Part shown: positions 44,048 to 61,947 of the stretch, one piece after another | How positions within the stretch are numbered: the first letter of the stretch is position 1 | Layout: each line of letters begins with the position of its first letter | NCBI RefSeq assembly: GCF_009914755.1 | Contig: NC_060944.1 | Length of the DNA stretch: 64,000 bases | Origin: the human T2T-CHM13v2.0 reference genome, Homo sapiens | Direction: 5' to 3' (one strand) | Translations under genes and position numbers: made by a program | Notes under the pieces: model-generated | The model's database searches: none | Seen by the model: the letters and a program-made list of their open reading frames with translations, nothing else | Told to the model about the DNA's origin: nothing

Positions 44048-44245
44048 ACAGGCTGCTTCTCGCACTTGCTCACACAGGCGCTTGGCAGGGATCAGGAAAT
44101 CCAGAAGGAAGCTCAGCCCATCCCCCTGGAAGCCAGAGTCCAGGAGACGGAACACCTGACCCAGGACGGTGGGTGCTGTGGCCTCGAAAGGAGGATAGAG
44201 GCCCGCCAGGGCATGCTGGATGGCTGTGTCGAGGGATGGAGGGTC
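44048..44245 (-). CDS. KIAA1755: KIAA1755 exon 2 (DPPSLD...VREAAC)
   Basis: cacag|GAC ... TGT|gtaagt; 198 nt, phase 0-0; inside ORF 43748..44326. Confidence 0.95.
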
Positions 44246-45699
44246 CTGTGGGGGACAGGAGGAGGGGGTGATAATAGCAATGATAATAAGGGCAGAGACC
44301 ACTTCCCGTGACCTTCCAGGCCCCATATGCCTAAGGCCCCTGCTAATTCTCTGACCTCCTCTCCTACCCCACCCCCCTCACTCATCACTGCCAGCCACAC
44401 TGGCCTTCTTTCCTGTCCCTCAAACACACTAGGCACAATCTCACCTCGGGGCCTTTGCACTGGCTGTTCCCTCTGCCTAGAATGCTCTTCCTCAAGACAG
44501 CCTCATTCCCACACCTCTTGCAGGTCTTTGCTCAAATGTCATCTGCTGATCCACGGAGACGTGGAGGAATAGGGGTGGGGGGTGGGCATTCAGGTCAGGG
44601 TCAAAGGGAAAGAGGATTTTGGCATTGCCCCAGTCCGACCGCCTGGCTGGCCTGCAGGCCTGCAGCCTGAAGCTGAGCCACGAGGGAAGCCCAGCCCAGA
44701 CCAGACAGCCCCACTCCACATGCAGATGGGAGAGTGAGAATAAGTGATTGCTGTTTTGCCACTGAGCTTTGGGGTCATTTTTCACACAGCAATAACTGAT
44801 ACAAGTCCACGGCTGCAGACTGTACAGCCAGCTGCCTCCCATGGACCTCCTAGATGCCTCTCAGCCACCAACCGCCAACATATCAGACCCAACCTGGCAA
44901 CTTCCCAAACCTGCTCCTCCCCCAGTCCTACCTCGGTGATGACCCCACCGCCCAGTCAGGCTCCTAGGCCAGAAATCTGCTCACAGCACTGCTTCTCCTC
45001 CTGCCTCCCAACCCACAATCAGCCCTCAGTGTGTCCCACACCACTTCCCCTCCACCAACAGCTCTCCAGCCAGGTGCTCCGCGCTGTCCCCTGCCCCCGC
45101 CCTGATCCAGGCTTCACCGCCTCTTCCAGGAAGGGATCCAGAAGGCAGTCAGCCCGTCCCCCTGGCAGTCAGAGTCCAGAAGAGGGAAAACTGGGCCCAG
45201 GACCCAGGATCACCTGACTCCTCTCTTTGGCTGCCAAATTCTCGTCTGCCTCACCCCAGCCATTTTCCACCAGGACCCCAGAGTGACCTTTCTCAAATGC
45301 AAACCAGACCTCATCAGTCTCTGCTCCAAACTCCTCAAAGGTTCCCACCGTCTTCAGGAAGCATCAGCCTCCAGGCATCCAGCTCCCCTGAGATCTGGCA
45401 GCTGCCCTCCGCCCCCGCCTCCCCTCCAGCCTCGCCACCCCTCTCCATGCTTCGGCCACAGTGGCACATGCCTTCCCTTGCTCACCTCGAGGCCACCGCA
45501 CATGCAGTGGCTTCCTGCTGGAATGCCCTTCACTTCCACCCCTCCTCACCTGGCCAACTCCTCATTCAAGACTCAGGTCAGCTGTCAACTCCTCCAGGAG
45601 ATTTTCTTGGGTGCCCCCAACTACCCCAGTGAGATCAGGTGTCCCCTTTTCTGGGATCCTATAGTACCCCTATTACAGCGGTTCCCATCTAAAGGCAGG

Positions 45700-46655
<956 letters not shown>

Positions 46656-46799
46656 GTAAGCACTGGCTTCTTTTCCTCTTTGGGGCCTCGGTGTCTGCAC
46701 AGGACCAGGCACAAACAGGTGCTTCATAAATTTTATGGCAGAAGAAACAAAATGTCCCTCTCTGAATCACAATTTTTCTTTTCCTTTTCTTGTCTTCTC

Positions 46800-46838
<39 letters not shown>

Positions 46839-47295
46839 TTTGAGACAGAGTCTTGCTCTGTTGCCCAGGCTGGAGTGCAGTGTTCCGATCTCTGCTTGCT
46901 GCAGCCTCCGCCTCCTGGGTTGAAGCGATTCTCCTGCCTCAGCCCGAGTAGCTGGAATTACAGGGATGAGCCACCGTGCTTGGCCTTTTTGTTTGTTTGT
47001 TTGTTTGTTTTTAAAGACAAGATCTTGCTCTGTTGCCCAGACTGGAGTGCAGTGGTGCTATCTCGGCTCACTGCAGTCTTGACTTCCTGGGCTCCAGCAA
47101 TCCTTCCACCTCAGCCTCCCGAGTAGCTGTGGACCACAGGCACCCACCACCATGCCTAGCTAATTTTTGTATTTTTGGTAGAGATGGGGTTTCACCATGT
47201 TGCCCAGGCTGGTCTTGAACTCCTGAGCTCAAGCTAGCCACCCGTCTCGCCTTCCCAAAATGCTGGGATTAGAGGCATGAACCACCACGCCTGGT
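46800..47295 (-). mobile_element. Two adjacent minus-strand Alus (a partial one with (TTA)n tail, and an AluJ-like one)
   Basis: Alu consensus at 46840-46985 and 46986-47295. Confidence 0.85.
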
Positions 47296-48616
47296 CAGAA
47301 CCACCATTTTTCTGTCAAATAGACAAGTTGGACTAGGCCAGAGGTTTCCACCCAGGTATGGTCTTAGGACCCATAGGTCATGAGCCTCACGGGGGCCCTT
47401 CTGGTTGCCCCAGCCTGGTTGCAAGCTCCAGGTCCACCTGTTGCCCAGGGGGGCAAAGGGAGATAAGAATAAATAAGGACCCCACTCAAAGGGAGCTTAC
47501 TTAAGGAGGGAAAAATCATTTTAGTAAATGAGGCCCCTGAAGAAAGAGAAATACAGTAGGAACTCTGAGGAGGAGGAGGGTGGCATTTCTCAATGCCAGC
47601 AAGATTCCAATGCCAGGAGGCTTTTACAGAGGACTGAGGCTCCCTCCCACCCGTAGCCCACACAGTGCTGGGCGCAGGGGACCGCCATCACTATTTGTAG
47701 AATGAATGAGTGAATGAATGAGTGTCCACAGCCCATTGTGATGGAAACAGGGTCCGGGCACTGCCGTGGCAGTGAGCTCAGAGAGGATGATGGACCGACA
47801 GGCATCTGGTGCTGAAATCACATGTACCCAGGAGGTTTTACACTGAGGTGGAGGGAGGGAGGGAGGGGCCTTCAACTTGGCAGAACAGGGAAGGTCTCAT
47901 CTGGCCCGGGGTCCTCTTCTAATCCCCCCCCAACCCCCACCAATCATGGTCAAACTCTGACATTTCCCACCCCATGCAATCCTGGGAGCAGTCCCTTCCC
48001 CTGCCAGGTGCCCTCCCCACTCCCTCCCTCCTCTCTCCTGAGACTTGGGCTCTGGCCTCTCTGTTGAGACGTTGGCTCCAGCCTCTCTGTGCAGCCTTGA
48101 GTAGGTCCTTTCCCTCTCTGGGCCTCTTTCCTTGTGTAAAGAAAGCATATTGAGCTGGGCTAAGCTTGATTTGTTTTGGTTTTGGAAATTTAATCATTCA
48201 TGATGACTTTTATGATGTTTAGCATCTCCTCATACCATGCATACTATTAGCACTTACTATTTTTCTTCAAATCCACTCACTTTTTCAAAACTTACATAAT
48301 TGTGTTTTTCAATGAGACTCTGTATCATCACAGTGGTTATGCAAGTGCAGCCAGACTGCCCGGGTTCAAACTCTGGTTCTGTCACTTACTGGTTGTGTGT
48401 ACCTGGCAAGTCAGATTTAACTCGTTGTGCCTCAGTTTCCTCATCTGTAAAATGGAGACTGTAATTACACCCACCTTAAGGAGTTGATCAAGATTGGGTG
48501 TATTGAGGTAATACATGCGAATTCTCTGCACAGGACTAGAATTTAGTAGGTGCTCATTAAGTAAGAGCCATCACTACAATTTCTGTGGTCATATTATTAT
48601 TATTATTATTATTATG

Positions 48617-48632
48617 GTGTGTGTGTGTGTGT

Positions 48633-48679
<47 letters not shown>
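48617..48679. repeat. (GT)n microsatellite, about 31 units with one interruption
   Basis: Direct reading. Confidence 0.95.
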
Positions 48680-48680
<1 letters not shown>

Positions 48681-49056
48681 TTTTAAGGAGCAGAAAGTTT
48701 AATAGGCAAGAAAGAAAGAAGGAAGAAGAAAACAGTTCCCCTGTATGGAGACAGAGGGAGGAGGATTCTAACAAAGAGAAAACCCCGTGTGCTGCAGAAA
48801 AGTGGCTGCTTCTACGAGGAGGTTGGAGGAGATGGTGTCTGATTTGCATAGGGCTCAAGGGATTGGTTTGACCAGGCATGTCACTCATGTAGCCCACGAA
48901 AAAACTGGCCCTACTACCCTAGCTTTTTAATATGCAAATGCAGGGCGCCATGATGTTCTACACAGGTGGGGATATGTGGGGGCGGCCATGTTACCAGGCA
49001 CATGTGGGGGCAAGGGCAAGAAGAAGAAGGTAGGAATCACCATGTTTGGGTGGATC
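48680..49056 (-). mobile_element. ERV1 LTR fragment, MER50/LTR25-like
   Basis: Minus strand: cctggtcaaaccaatcccttgagccctatgcaaatcagacacc; ATTAAA near 48700; family assigned from memory. Confidence 0.6.
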
Positions 49057-49519
49057 TGTGGCAATATTATAACTGTTATTACATCATCACTATAAATGGA
49101 AAAATAACTGTAAACTGGCATAAATCGAATGTAACTCCAAAAATAAACTGATGATGCATTGGATGGTTTTTGTATTATTTCATTTATTAAAATATATTTA
49201 AATATATTACTTATATAAAGTATATTTTTTGTTTACTGTTTGTATTTCTGTGAAAATAAACTACTTTAAAAAATAAAAATAAACAATGAAAACGAATAGT
49301 ACCATTAAATTCTAGGGACATCTGGTCACCTCTTGGAGCCTAAGGGGGTCTTCTCCCTCTCTTTCTCCCAAATGCATCAGAGAGATGTTAAAGACATCTT
49401 ATCCCCAGAGGAAGTCTTTCTCCTTAGGTCTGGAGAAGCTCAGGGAATTTGAAAGGGACTGATTGTCCATCACATGGTTCCATGTCATTTAGTTCCAGTC
49501 TGTGACATACCTTGTGTCT

Positions 49520-51674
<2,155 letters not shown>

Positions 51675-52030
51675 CCAACTCTCCCACCCCTGACTATTGG
51701 AATTTTTTTTAAAGAAAACAGTGTCATACCGTATGATCTATAGTATGAATAAAACCATGTAAGCCTAGAAAAAACTCCAAGTGGACATTAAGTAAAGTGT
51801 TAACTGCAGTTACCCCTGAGGGCTGTGCGGGGCAGGGGCCTCGTAAGGCAGCCTTTTAATTTTCTTCATAGTTTCCCGGATTTTCCAAACATTCCGTAAC
51901 CAGCTTGTATAGCTTTTATAATTAGGAGGGGAAAAAATAAAAGTGTGAGTGTATGTGTTTTTAAGGCTGGTTCCCTTTGTAAATGGTCTCACCAGATGTT
52001 GTTAGCTGGACTTTCTGAGATGTGGATTAA

Positions 52031-52340
<310 letters not shown>

Positions 52341-52645
52341 TGAGCTTTTCTTAAAGGTCCAGATTTATCCATTTACTGCAACGGGCAAAGATTTTAGTAT
52401 CACTTAGCATCTGCCGCCTCCTTACTTGGGAAGAGAGGACTGAGAAAAGCCAAAATGGACAGAGTCCTAGGGCTACCTTCAAGCTCTGCCCTGTTCCTTG
52501 GGGAAAAAAAAAAATGCCTAGGGAGGGTGAGATTATGCCCCTGACTCTCTGGGTGACCCTGGCCTCAGTTTCCCCACCTATAAAAGGGAGGCACTAAGCA
52601 TATCTATCTCTAAGGGCCCTTCCAGTAGGGGCATTCTAGAATTCA

Positions 52646-53342
<697 letters not shown>

Positions 53343-54673
53343 TCTGTCTCTTCCATCTTCCTGCCTCAGGCCTAGGGAGAGTCAGTCTAAACCAACAGCC
53401 ACAGGTATAAATAAGTGCTTCCAGGGGCCTGACAGGTAACATGAAGACAGACACTGGCTGAGTGTGAGAAAGCACTCACTTCCACCCTTTGGAGATAGTC
53501 AGCCTCAGCACCAGGGAAGCAATGGGGAATAGAGGGGCTTGGGGCACACACCCCCTCTCATCAGCATCAGCTGAGTGTTGCTTTGGCCCAGCACCACCTG
53601 ATCTACTGATTTTTCAGTAAAACCTCCCAATTTTGAAAAAGTTGGCCAAGCCAAACACATCTGTGAGCCAGATACGGCCCAGCGGGTGTCAGGTTGTAAT
53701 TTCCAGTCTCAATGACCTGGGACACTCGTCCTGAACTTCTCCAGGCTGGAGATTCTAGAACCAGCATTCTGTGGCTCTGGCTGCCAGGAAGTTCTTGCTC
53801 ACTTCCAACTAAAACTTCTGCTTTAAGTCCTTTTTATTTTTGTGTGGGTGGAGGTATGAGTGAGTATTGGCTCGTATAAAAAAACTTTCAGAAACTGGGA
53901 AAACAGCCCTGATGCAGTGAGCCGAGAAGCAAGTGGCTGTCAGAAGACCCACGTTATAGTCCAGCTCTGTCTGTATCATCTGCATGACCTCGACCCCCTG
54001 CCCCTCACTGAGCCTTAGTTTTGTATTTGTTCCTTTCTCTCCCTCTCCCCTTTTCCTCTGCCTTGGGCTCACCATCTCCCACCCAAACCACATCATGATC
54101 ACAATTGTAACCAGAGCTGCTTCCTACTGTCTTGTGTGTTAGGCCCCTGCTAAGCATTTTTCATTAACTATTTTATCTCAATAATTCTATGGGCTGGGTA
54201 TTTTTATTCCCATTTTACAAGTTAAGAAACTGAGCTCAAGGCTCTACTGCTACTAAATGGTAGCACTGGGGTATGACCCTGGGCACATAACCACCAGCTG
54301 TCCTGTCTCTTTCCCCGGGCTCCCTGCTACCACGCCAGGCTCCTCTTAGTCATCATAGTGGGCTTCCTAACACAGAGATCCAACTGTGACCCTCCACTGC
54401 TCAACAACCTCGGGTGGCTCCCTATTGCCTTAGCAACTCACTGGTCTGGTGCTGTGGCCCGTCAGTCAGCTCCCAGCTTACCTTCCCTACTTCTTCTAAA
54501 CATACTTTATGCTGTAGCCCAAGGCTTTCCAATCATCATGGGCCCCTTTCATGAGGTTCTTTCTGCCATGTTCACATATTCTAATTTGTTATTGGCTTAC
54601 TCTTTTTTATTAATTATTATTTACTTAACGTTTGACTTTTTGTCAATTCTTTTTCAACTTAAATCTATTTTTT

Positions 54674-54970
<297 letters not shown>

Positions 54971-55452
54971 TTATTTATATTTATTATTATGTGTTTGTGC
55001 TGTTTAAATTCCTTCCTAATACTCATTAAGATGAAAAGCTGTAAACTAAAAATTGTTCATCTAAGTGCCATCTAAAATCTCCCCTCCTGGAACCTTTGGT
55101 GGATGCCACATCTTGGAAAGTGCTGCCTGGACACACATCTGTGTCTCTGCTTCCACTGCCCCACTCCCTGGACTGAGCAACCTCCTGCCCACCCTTCAGA
55201 GCCCTTCCAGACTTGCTTCTCTTCTCTTTGCTTTTCAGGACACATGTGCTTCCAGGCAGAAGGATGGACCCCCACCACCCATCAGACACAGCCTAGAATT
55301 ATCTGTGGATGAACCTGCCTTCTCCATGGACTGCCAGCCCCCAAAGCAGGAACCACGTCCTTATAGAGGGCCTGGCACACAGTAGGGAACTGGGGTGGGG
55401 TACTGCCATGCAGCAGGTATGTGGGCAATGTTGAATGGATTAAACTGAACTT

Positions 55453-55754
55453 GGCTAGGGTGGTGGCTCATGCCTGTAAACCGAGCACTTTGGGAGGTTG
55501 AGGTGGGAGGATCACTTGAGGTCAGGAGTTTGAGACCAGACTGGCCAACATGGTAAAACCCCATCTCTACTAAAAATGCAAAAATTAGCTGGGCCTAGTG
55601 TCACACACCTATAGTCCCAGCTACGCAGGAGGCTGAGGCATGAGAATTGCTTAAACCTGGGAGGCAGAGGTTGCAGTGAGCCAAGACAGTCCCACTGCAC
55701 TACAGCCTGGGCAATAGAGCGAGACTCCATCTAAAAAAAAAAAAAAAAAAAAAA
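55453..55754 (+). mobile_element. AluS
   Basis: Full dimer, long poly(A). Confidence 0.92.
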
Positions 55755-56033
55755 CCTGAACGTGACCAGTTTTTCTCACAGGTGGCCCACAAAACAATTT
55801 TGGGAGAACATAGATTGATGTGAAATCACAGCGAGAAAGTTACTCCAGTTCTCTTCCATTCCTCACGATGACACCAAGGACAATACCTCAGTCTGGAGCC
55901 AGTCTATCTCGAAGACCTCTCAGGCACTTACTCATCACTCTGTTTAACAAAAGAAAACAGTCCTCGGGCTTGAAATTGTTCACCACCAACCTCATCCAGC
56001 CAGAATTTACTAACACAGATTTGCCTTCATTGA

Positions 56034-56405
<372 letters not shown>

Positions 56406-57589
56406 TAAAATTTTCTATTTAAATATATTTTTCAGTGTACAAAGTAAGTTGATTTAAAGAAAAATATTGAGCAAATAATAAGTAGTAGATTTTATCATTT
56501 TCTTATATATTTTATCCAGTAAGTGGATGTGTAAAAGTTGTTTCAGTGATACTAACATTTGGGAACCATGGGACAGGATCAACCCTAAGCCCCTTTGCCA
56601 TAAGATTCTCTGACATGGGGGTGCCCCCAAACACTAGACAGCTGTTAATCAAATGCCCCACAAAAATTACAGCTATGATGGGTTATCATAAAGGAAAGAT
56701 ACATGACATGCTAGAGTAAGAGTCAGGGAAATCAGGGAAGGCTTTCCTGAAGAGGTGACATTTGGGTGAAGATTTACCGGGTAAATAAGAATTCATTAGG
56801 TGAAGGTATTCCTCCAAGCAGGAACAGCATGTGCAAAGGCCCTGGGGCAGCAGGGAGCGTGAACCATAAGAGGCTCGCAAGCAAGGCTGGAGTGGCTGGA
56901 GCACAGAAGTGAGGCCAGGGAGGTAGGCTGGCAACAACCTTTATTCTTTAAAAAACAGGCAAGGGAAGGAAATCTGCACATTGTTCCCAATCTGGAAAGA
57001 GTTGCTCACCCTTTGACAGGGGGCAGACCAGTGCCTGACCCTTGATCTGAGGATCTGGGGTTCAATGAGGGGTTTCTAATGACTAGGTTAGGTGTGAAAG
57101 CAGGAGAGGCTTGGCAAACACCAGGTGCACGCTGTGGCCCTGGAGTGACCATGACCGCCGAGTGCAGGCTCAGAATTCAGACTGTCCTAACTTGCACTTT
57201 CTGGGTGGGGTGACCTTGGGCAGCTACTTAAGTTCCCAGAGCCTGAGGTCCCCATCTGTTGGAGATAGCCGCAGGTCTAATCTTAGAGTTGGTATGAGTT
57301 ACTGACTCCTGGATGTAAATCACCTAGCACAGGGCCTTGCCTGTAGGGAGAGGTGAATAACCACTGGCTTATGAGAGTATTTTCAAACAGCTCCAAGAGC
57401 CATGTGTGTGTACACCTGTCCCCGCAGTGCATGGATGTAGGTGCCCGGTTTTGCAATATGTCTGTGGTGTGTATGCCAATGTATGCCCATAGTTTAGCAG
57501 TATGGGGGAGCAGGTGCAGAAGGCATGGGTGTATGAGAGGGTGTGAACATGTGTTCAGCTGTGTGAGTCAGTGGGAGCATTCAGGTGTG

Positions 57590-57663
57590 CTCTGTGCGTG
57601 CATGTGTATGTGTGTGTGCATGTGTACGTGTGTGTGCATGTGTACGTGTGTGTGAGTGCCTGC

Positions 57664-57704
<41 letters not shown>

Positions 57705-57973
57705 TATGAACACCTCTATATGGAATTCTTCTGCTTGTGGAGATGCATTTCTGTGAGTGAAAACCCACACAAATTCAACATGGTTGGTCACAGTCACGGG
57801 GTTAAAGCCTTGGCCTGTCTTCACAGCTTTTTTCCAAATCCTTACAGCCCCTGTGAATCTGCCTGGGGCTCTTGTATCTGTCTGGAGCTGGGCTGAAATC
57901 CTCCGAAAACAGACTTTTCTTTCATTCCCTGTTGCCAGATACTGGCACAAACGCATCCCTGCCACCACCACCA

Positions 57974-58003
<30 letters not shown>
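57590..58003. repeat. (TG)n/(GA)n compound microsatellite (about 57590-57703) and (CCA)n(CA)n (about 57962-58003)
   Basis: Direct reading. Confidence 0.9.
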
Positions 58004-58005
<2 letters not shown>

Positions 58006-58299
58006 TCTCCCAGAATGTCTCAACTTTTTTCAAGGTTCCAGCTCCAAAAGTCCCTTCCTCTTCCCTCTCCCCAGCCAATTCCCATGGAAGCACCCTGGGT
58101 TTCAATGTGTATATCTGACTTTCCATAGCTGAGTCTAAAACAGCAAAAGCATCCCAAGTTTTGGTAAGCAGTTCTCTCCTTTTCACCCTGGACCCTTAAC
58201 CCTCCTCGCCCTGCACTGCCTGGCTGGCCTGGGAGGGGACTTTAACCCCCACCACCACTCTTCCCCATCCAAACTCCCTGCCGGGACAATGTGCATATC

Positions 58300-58506
58300 A
58301 CAGTCAGTTCCAAAACAAACATGCAAAACCACCCCGTTTCAGCCCTCAGCCTCAGGGCTGAGATTCAGGCTCAGGTCTAGGGGTTGGGGAATATTAAAGT
58401 TTACAAGTACAATCTTACTCCATCCATACACACACATGGAGAAGCCAGGAGAGGACGCGGCCAGAGATGGGCTCCTGCCCTTGAACCCCTGCTGGGGTGG
58501 AAGCAG
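58300..58506 (+). ncRNA. Candidate first exon of an antisense transcript (start approximate)
   Basis: Strong plus-strand donor CAG|GTAAGC at 58506/58507 at the edge of the CpG island. I recall a plus-strand lncRNA annotated at this locus but cannot verify it. Confidence 0.35.
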
Positions 58507-58642
58507 GTAAGCACAACCCTGCCAAGGCACTGAGGGTCGTCTCAGTGTAAAAGGCCAGGGCCACCCGGGGCTGTTCTGCAGGGAATGGGGAGGGCTGTGC
58601 CCACTGAAAGGGGGCAGAGCGAGGTGGTCCAGGCCTTGGCGC

Positions 58643-58656
58643 GTTACCATGGTGAC
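58643..58656. promoter_or_regulatory. RFX X-box overlapping the start codon and donor
   Basis: GTTACCATGGTGAC / GTCACCATGGTAAC fits GTNRCC-AT-RGYAAC. Confidence 0.55.
58648..58650 (-). CDS. KIAA1755: KIAA1755 exon 1 coding part (ATG only)
   Basis: Minus strand GCCCGTCACC-ATG|gtaacg: good Kozak context followed directly by a donor; joins in phase 0 to exon 2 (GAC CCT CCA). Confidence 0.88.
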
Positions 58657-59311
58657 GGGCTGCCAGCGGCGGGCGGCGCGGCTCCTCTCCTGGGCGCGGG
58701 GTCTGTGGGTCCGCGGGTCCGTCTGTCTGGGGCAGCCCTCGGTCCCGCCTAGCCCTGGAGCCAGGGGATAGGGCAGGCCCGGGGCACCGACCCCGGCGTC
58801 ATCTCGGAGGAGCGGCCGGGGAGGACAGGGAGAGAGACTGAGAGAGAGACAGAGAGGGACTGAGGCTGGAGACGGCGAGAGACATAAGGGAGCCGCGGGC
58901 GGCGCGGGTCGGGCCACCAGACGGGGGGCGGCAGCAGAGGCGGGGCGGGGCGGGGCGCGGCGGGACAGCGGCCCCTTTGTGCCTGAGCCCTTTGTGCCCA
59001 GCCCGCGCGCCCCGCCCCCACCGCCCCCCCTTCCCTCCGTCCACCCCCTCAGCAGCCAGCTGGAACCCGAGGAACCCGAGTCCGCCCCGCCAAGTTTTCC
59101 TCCCCGCTCCTCGCTCTTCCCACGGCGCACCCGGCCCGGACAGCCCCATTGTACAGACCCGCAGAGCGAGGCCTCGAGCCGCAGCAGCCGGGTTAAGCGC
59201 CCGCGGACCTCGCTGGCAGGCCCAAGTTCGAGTCTCCTCCTCCTACACTTCCCAGGGAGTCACAGACTCTCTTAAGCTTCGATTTCTTCATCTGTAAAAT
59301 GGGGTGGGAGG

Positions 59312-59313
<2 letters not shown>

Positions 59314-59352
<39 letters not shown>
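59314..59352. repeat. (GAT)13 trinucleotide repeat inside a MIR
   Basis: Direct reading. Confidence 0.95.
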
Positions 59353-59569
59353 AGTGCCTGCTGCTTAGATTTGGTGATGAGGAGTAAGCATCTGTCCCAG
59401 CGCCCTTGAATTCTCCCACATTATGCCCCATCATGACGGCCTAATTCAAGGCTTTGAGGTGATGATGGCTGTGTGCGAGTTCTGTTCTTGACTCTCAGAT
59501 AATGACCTTGGCCAAGTCGGTATTTCCTACTGAGCCTCAGCTTTGGAGTGAGACTAAGAAACTAGATGA

Positions 59570-60457
<888 letters not shown>

Positions 60458-61774
60458 GTGACCAAAGTTATTCCTGGTTAGATGGCTCAGGGTTTTGTCC
60501 ATTTATTTATCAAACACTGTGCACTGAGTCAGCCTGTCTCCCCCACTAGACTATACATTACTTGAGAGTCCCGGCCCTCAAGTAATGTACAGTCTAGTGG
60601 GGGAGACAGGCAAGGAGCAGATAAACAGGAAAAATAAAAAAATAATAACTGTGGTAACTGCTAAGAAGGAAACAAACAAATGTTGACATTGGGAACAGTA
60701 GAGGGATCAACTTATAGCTGGTGGTCTAGGAAGCCTGGGTCTGAAAGCCTAGATCTGAAAGGGGAGGAATTAGAAGAGTGGAGATGGGGAGACGCAGAGG
60801 AACCAAGTTCTAAGCAGAGAGAACCGCATATGCAAAGGCTCTGAGGCAATATTAAGCTTAAAGGAGCTGGGGAGTAAGTGAAGAACTGAAAAAGACGAGT
60901 GTAGTTGTAAGGGTTAGAGTTCAGACCCAAGCCTTATTCACAGCCCATCTCCCACCCCACATAGGTTAATCAGTCTTTTAGCAGAGAAAACCTGAATTAG
61001 GAGCCATCCTATCCCAACTTTTGATAAGTTCCTTCACATCCCCGACCTTCACTTGCTTATCACTAATTTGGGACTAATAATCCCCTGCAATATTTCCACA
61101 GCCCAGCAATCAAGTAAACTCTCTCTACAGGAGATGGTCTGGATGGTTTTAGTATCATGACTCCAGATGTGAATTTAGGAGAGAACAGACTTGATGTTCA
61201 GTACAGAATTCCACTGAGAGTTGTGGGGTCACAGCTTGAAGGTTTTAGAGTCCCAGGTTGCCATGAGACAGAATTGACATGACAGCCAGCGTTCTGGGGT
61301 TGCAGGCAACAGAAGCGGATTCTGAGTTAATTAAGCAGAAAAGAATGGATTGGCAGTCAGAGAATCAATGCGAAGGCTGGGGCCTATCCTCTGGAAAGCA
61401 CTGGAGTAAGTAGGATGCTCTGGGGGGTCTCGTTATCGGAAAGAGTTGGAAACGTTTGAACACATGGAATTACATTAAGACAAACAAACACACCAAAGTA
61501 GAACTTTATATGTGTCAGGTAGTTTTCTAAGTATATAACAGTTATGAAGTAGATTCTATTATTGTCCTCACTTTACAAATGAAAAACTAAGGCACAGAGA
61601 GGGTATGTAGCCTGCCCAATGTCAGATAGCTAGTAAACTGTGGATTTCAGAATTGGACACAGCTATCCAATTCCGTAAGTTATGTTATTAACCACTTTGC
61701 TATGCTACCTGCATAAATCCTAACCATTCTCTCTGCCCTTGTGTTCCTCACTGATGGACTCAGAACCTTAAAAG

Positions 61775-61947
61775 AGCCAGGCATGGTGGCATGCTCCTGT
61801 AGTCCCAGCTACTTAGGAGGCCAAGGTGGGAGGATCACTTGAGCCCAGGAGTTCAAGGCTGCAGTGAGCTATGATTGCACCATTGCACTCCAACCTGGGA
61901 GACAGAGTGAGACCCCATCTCTAAAAAACAAACAAACAAAATAAAAC
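61775..61947 (+). mobile_element. Alu right monomer
   Basis: agccaggcatggtgg...gacagagtgagacc plus A-rich tail. Confidence 0.85.

Larger units (their letters stand above)
58590..59240. promoter_or_regulatory. CpG island / KIAA1755 promoter and 5' UTR with tandem GC boxes
   Basis: Very high GC and CpG density; GGGGCGGGGCGGGGCG at about 58942-58957; spans the first exon. Confidence 0.9.
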
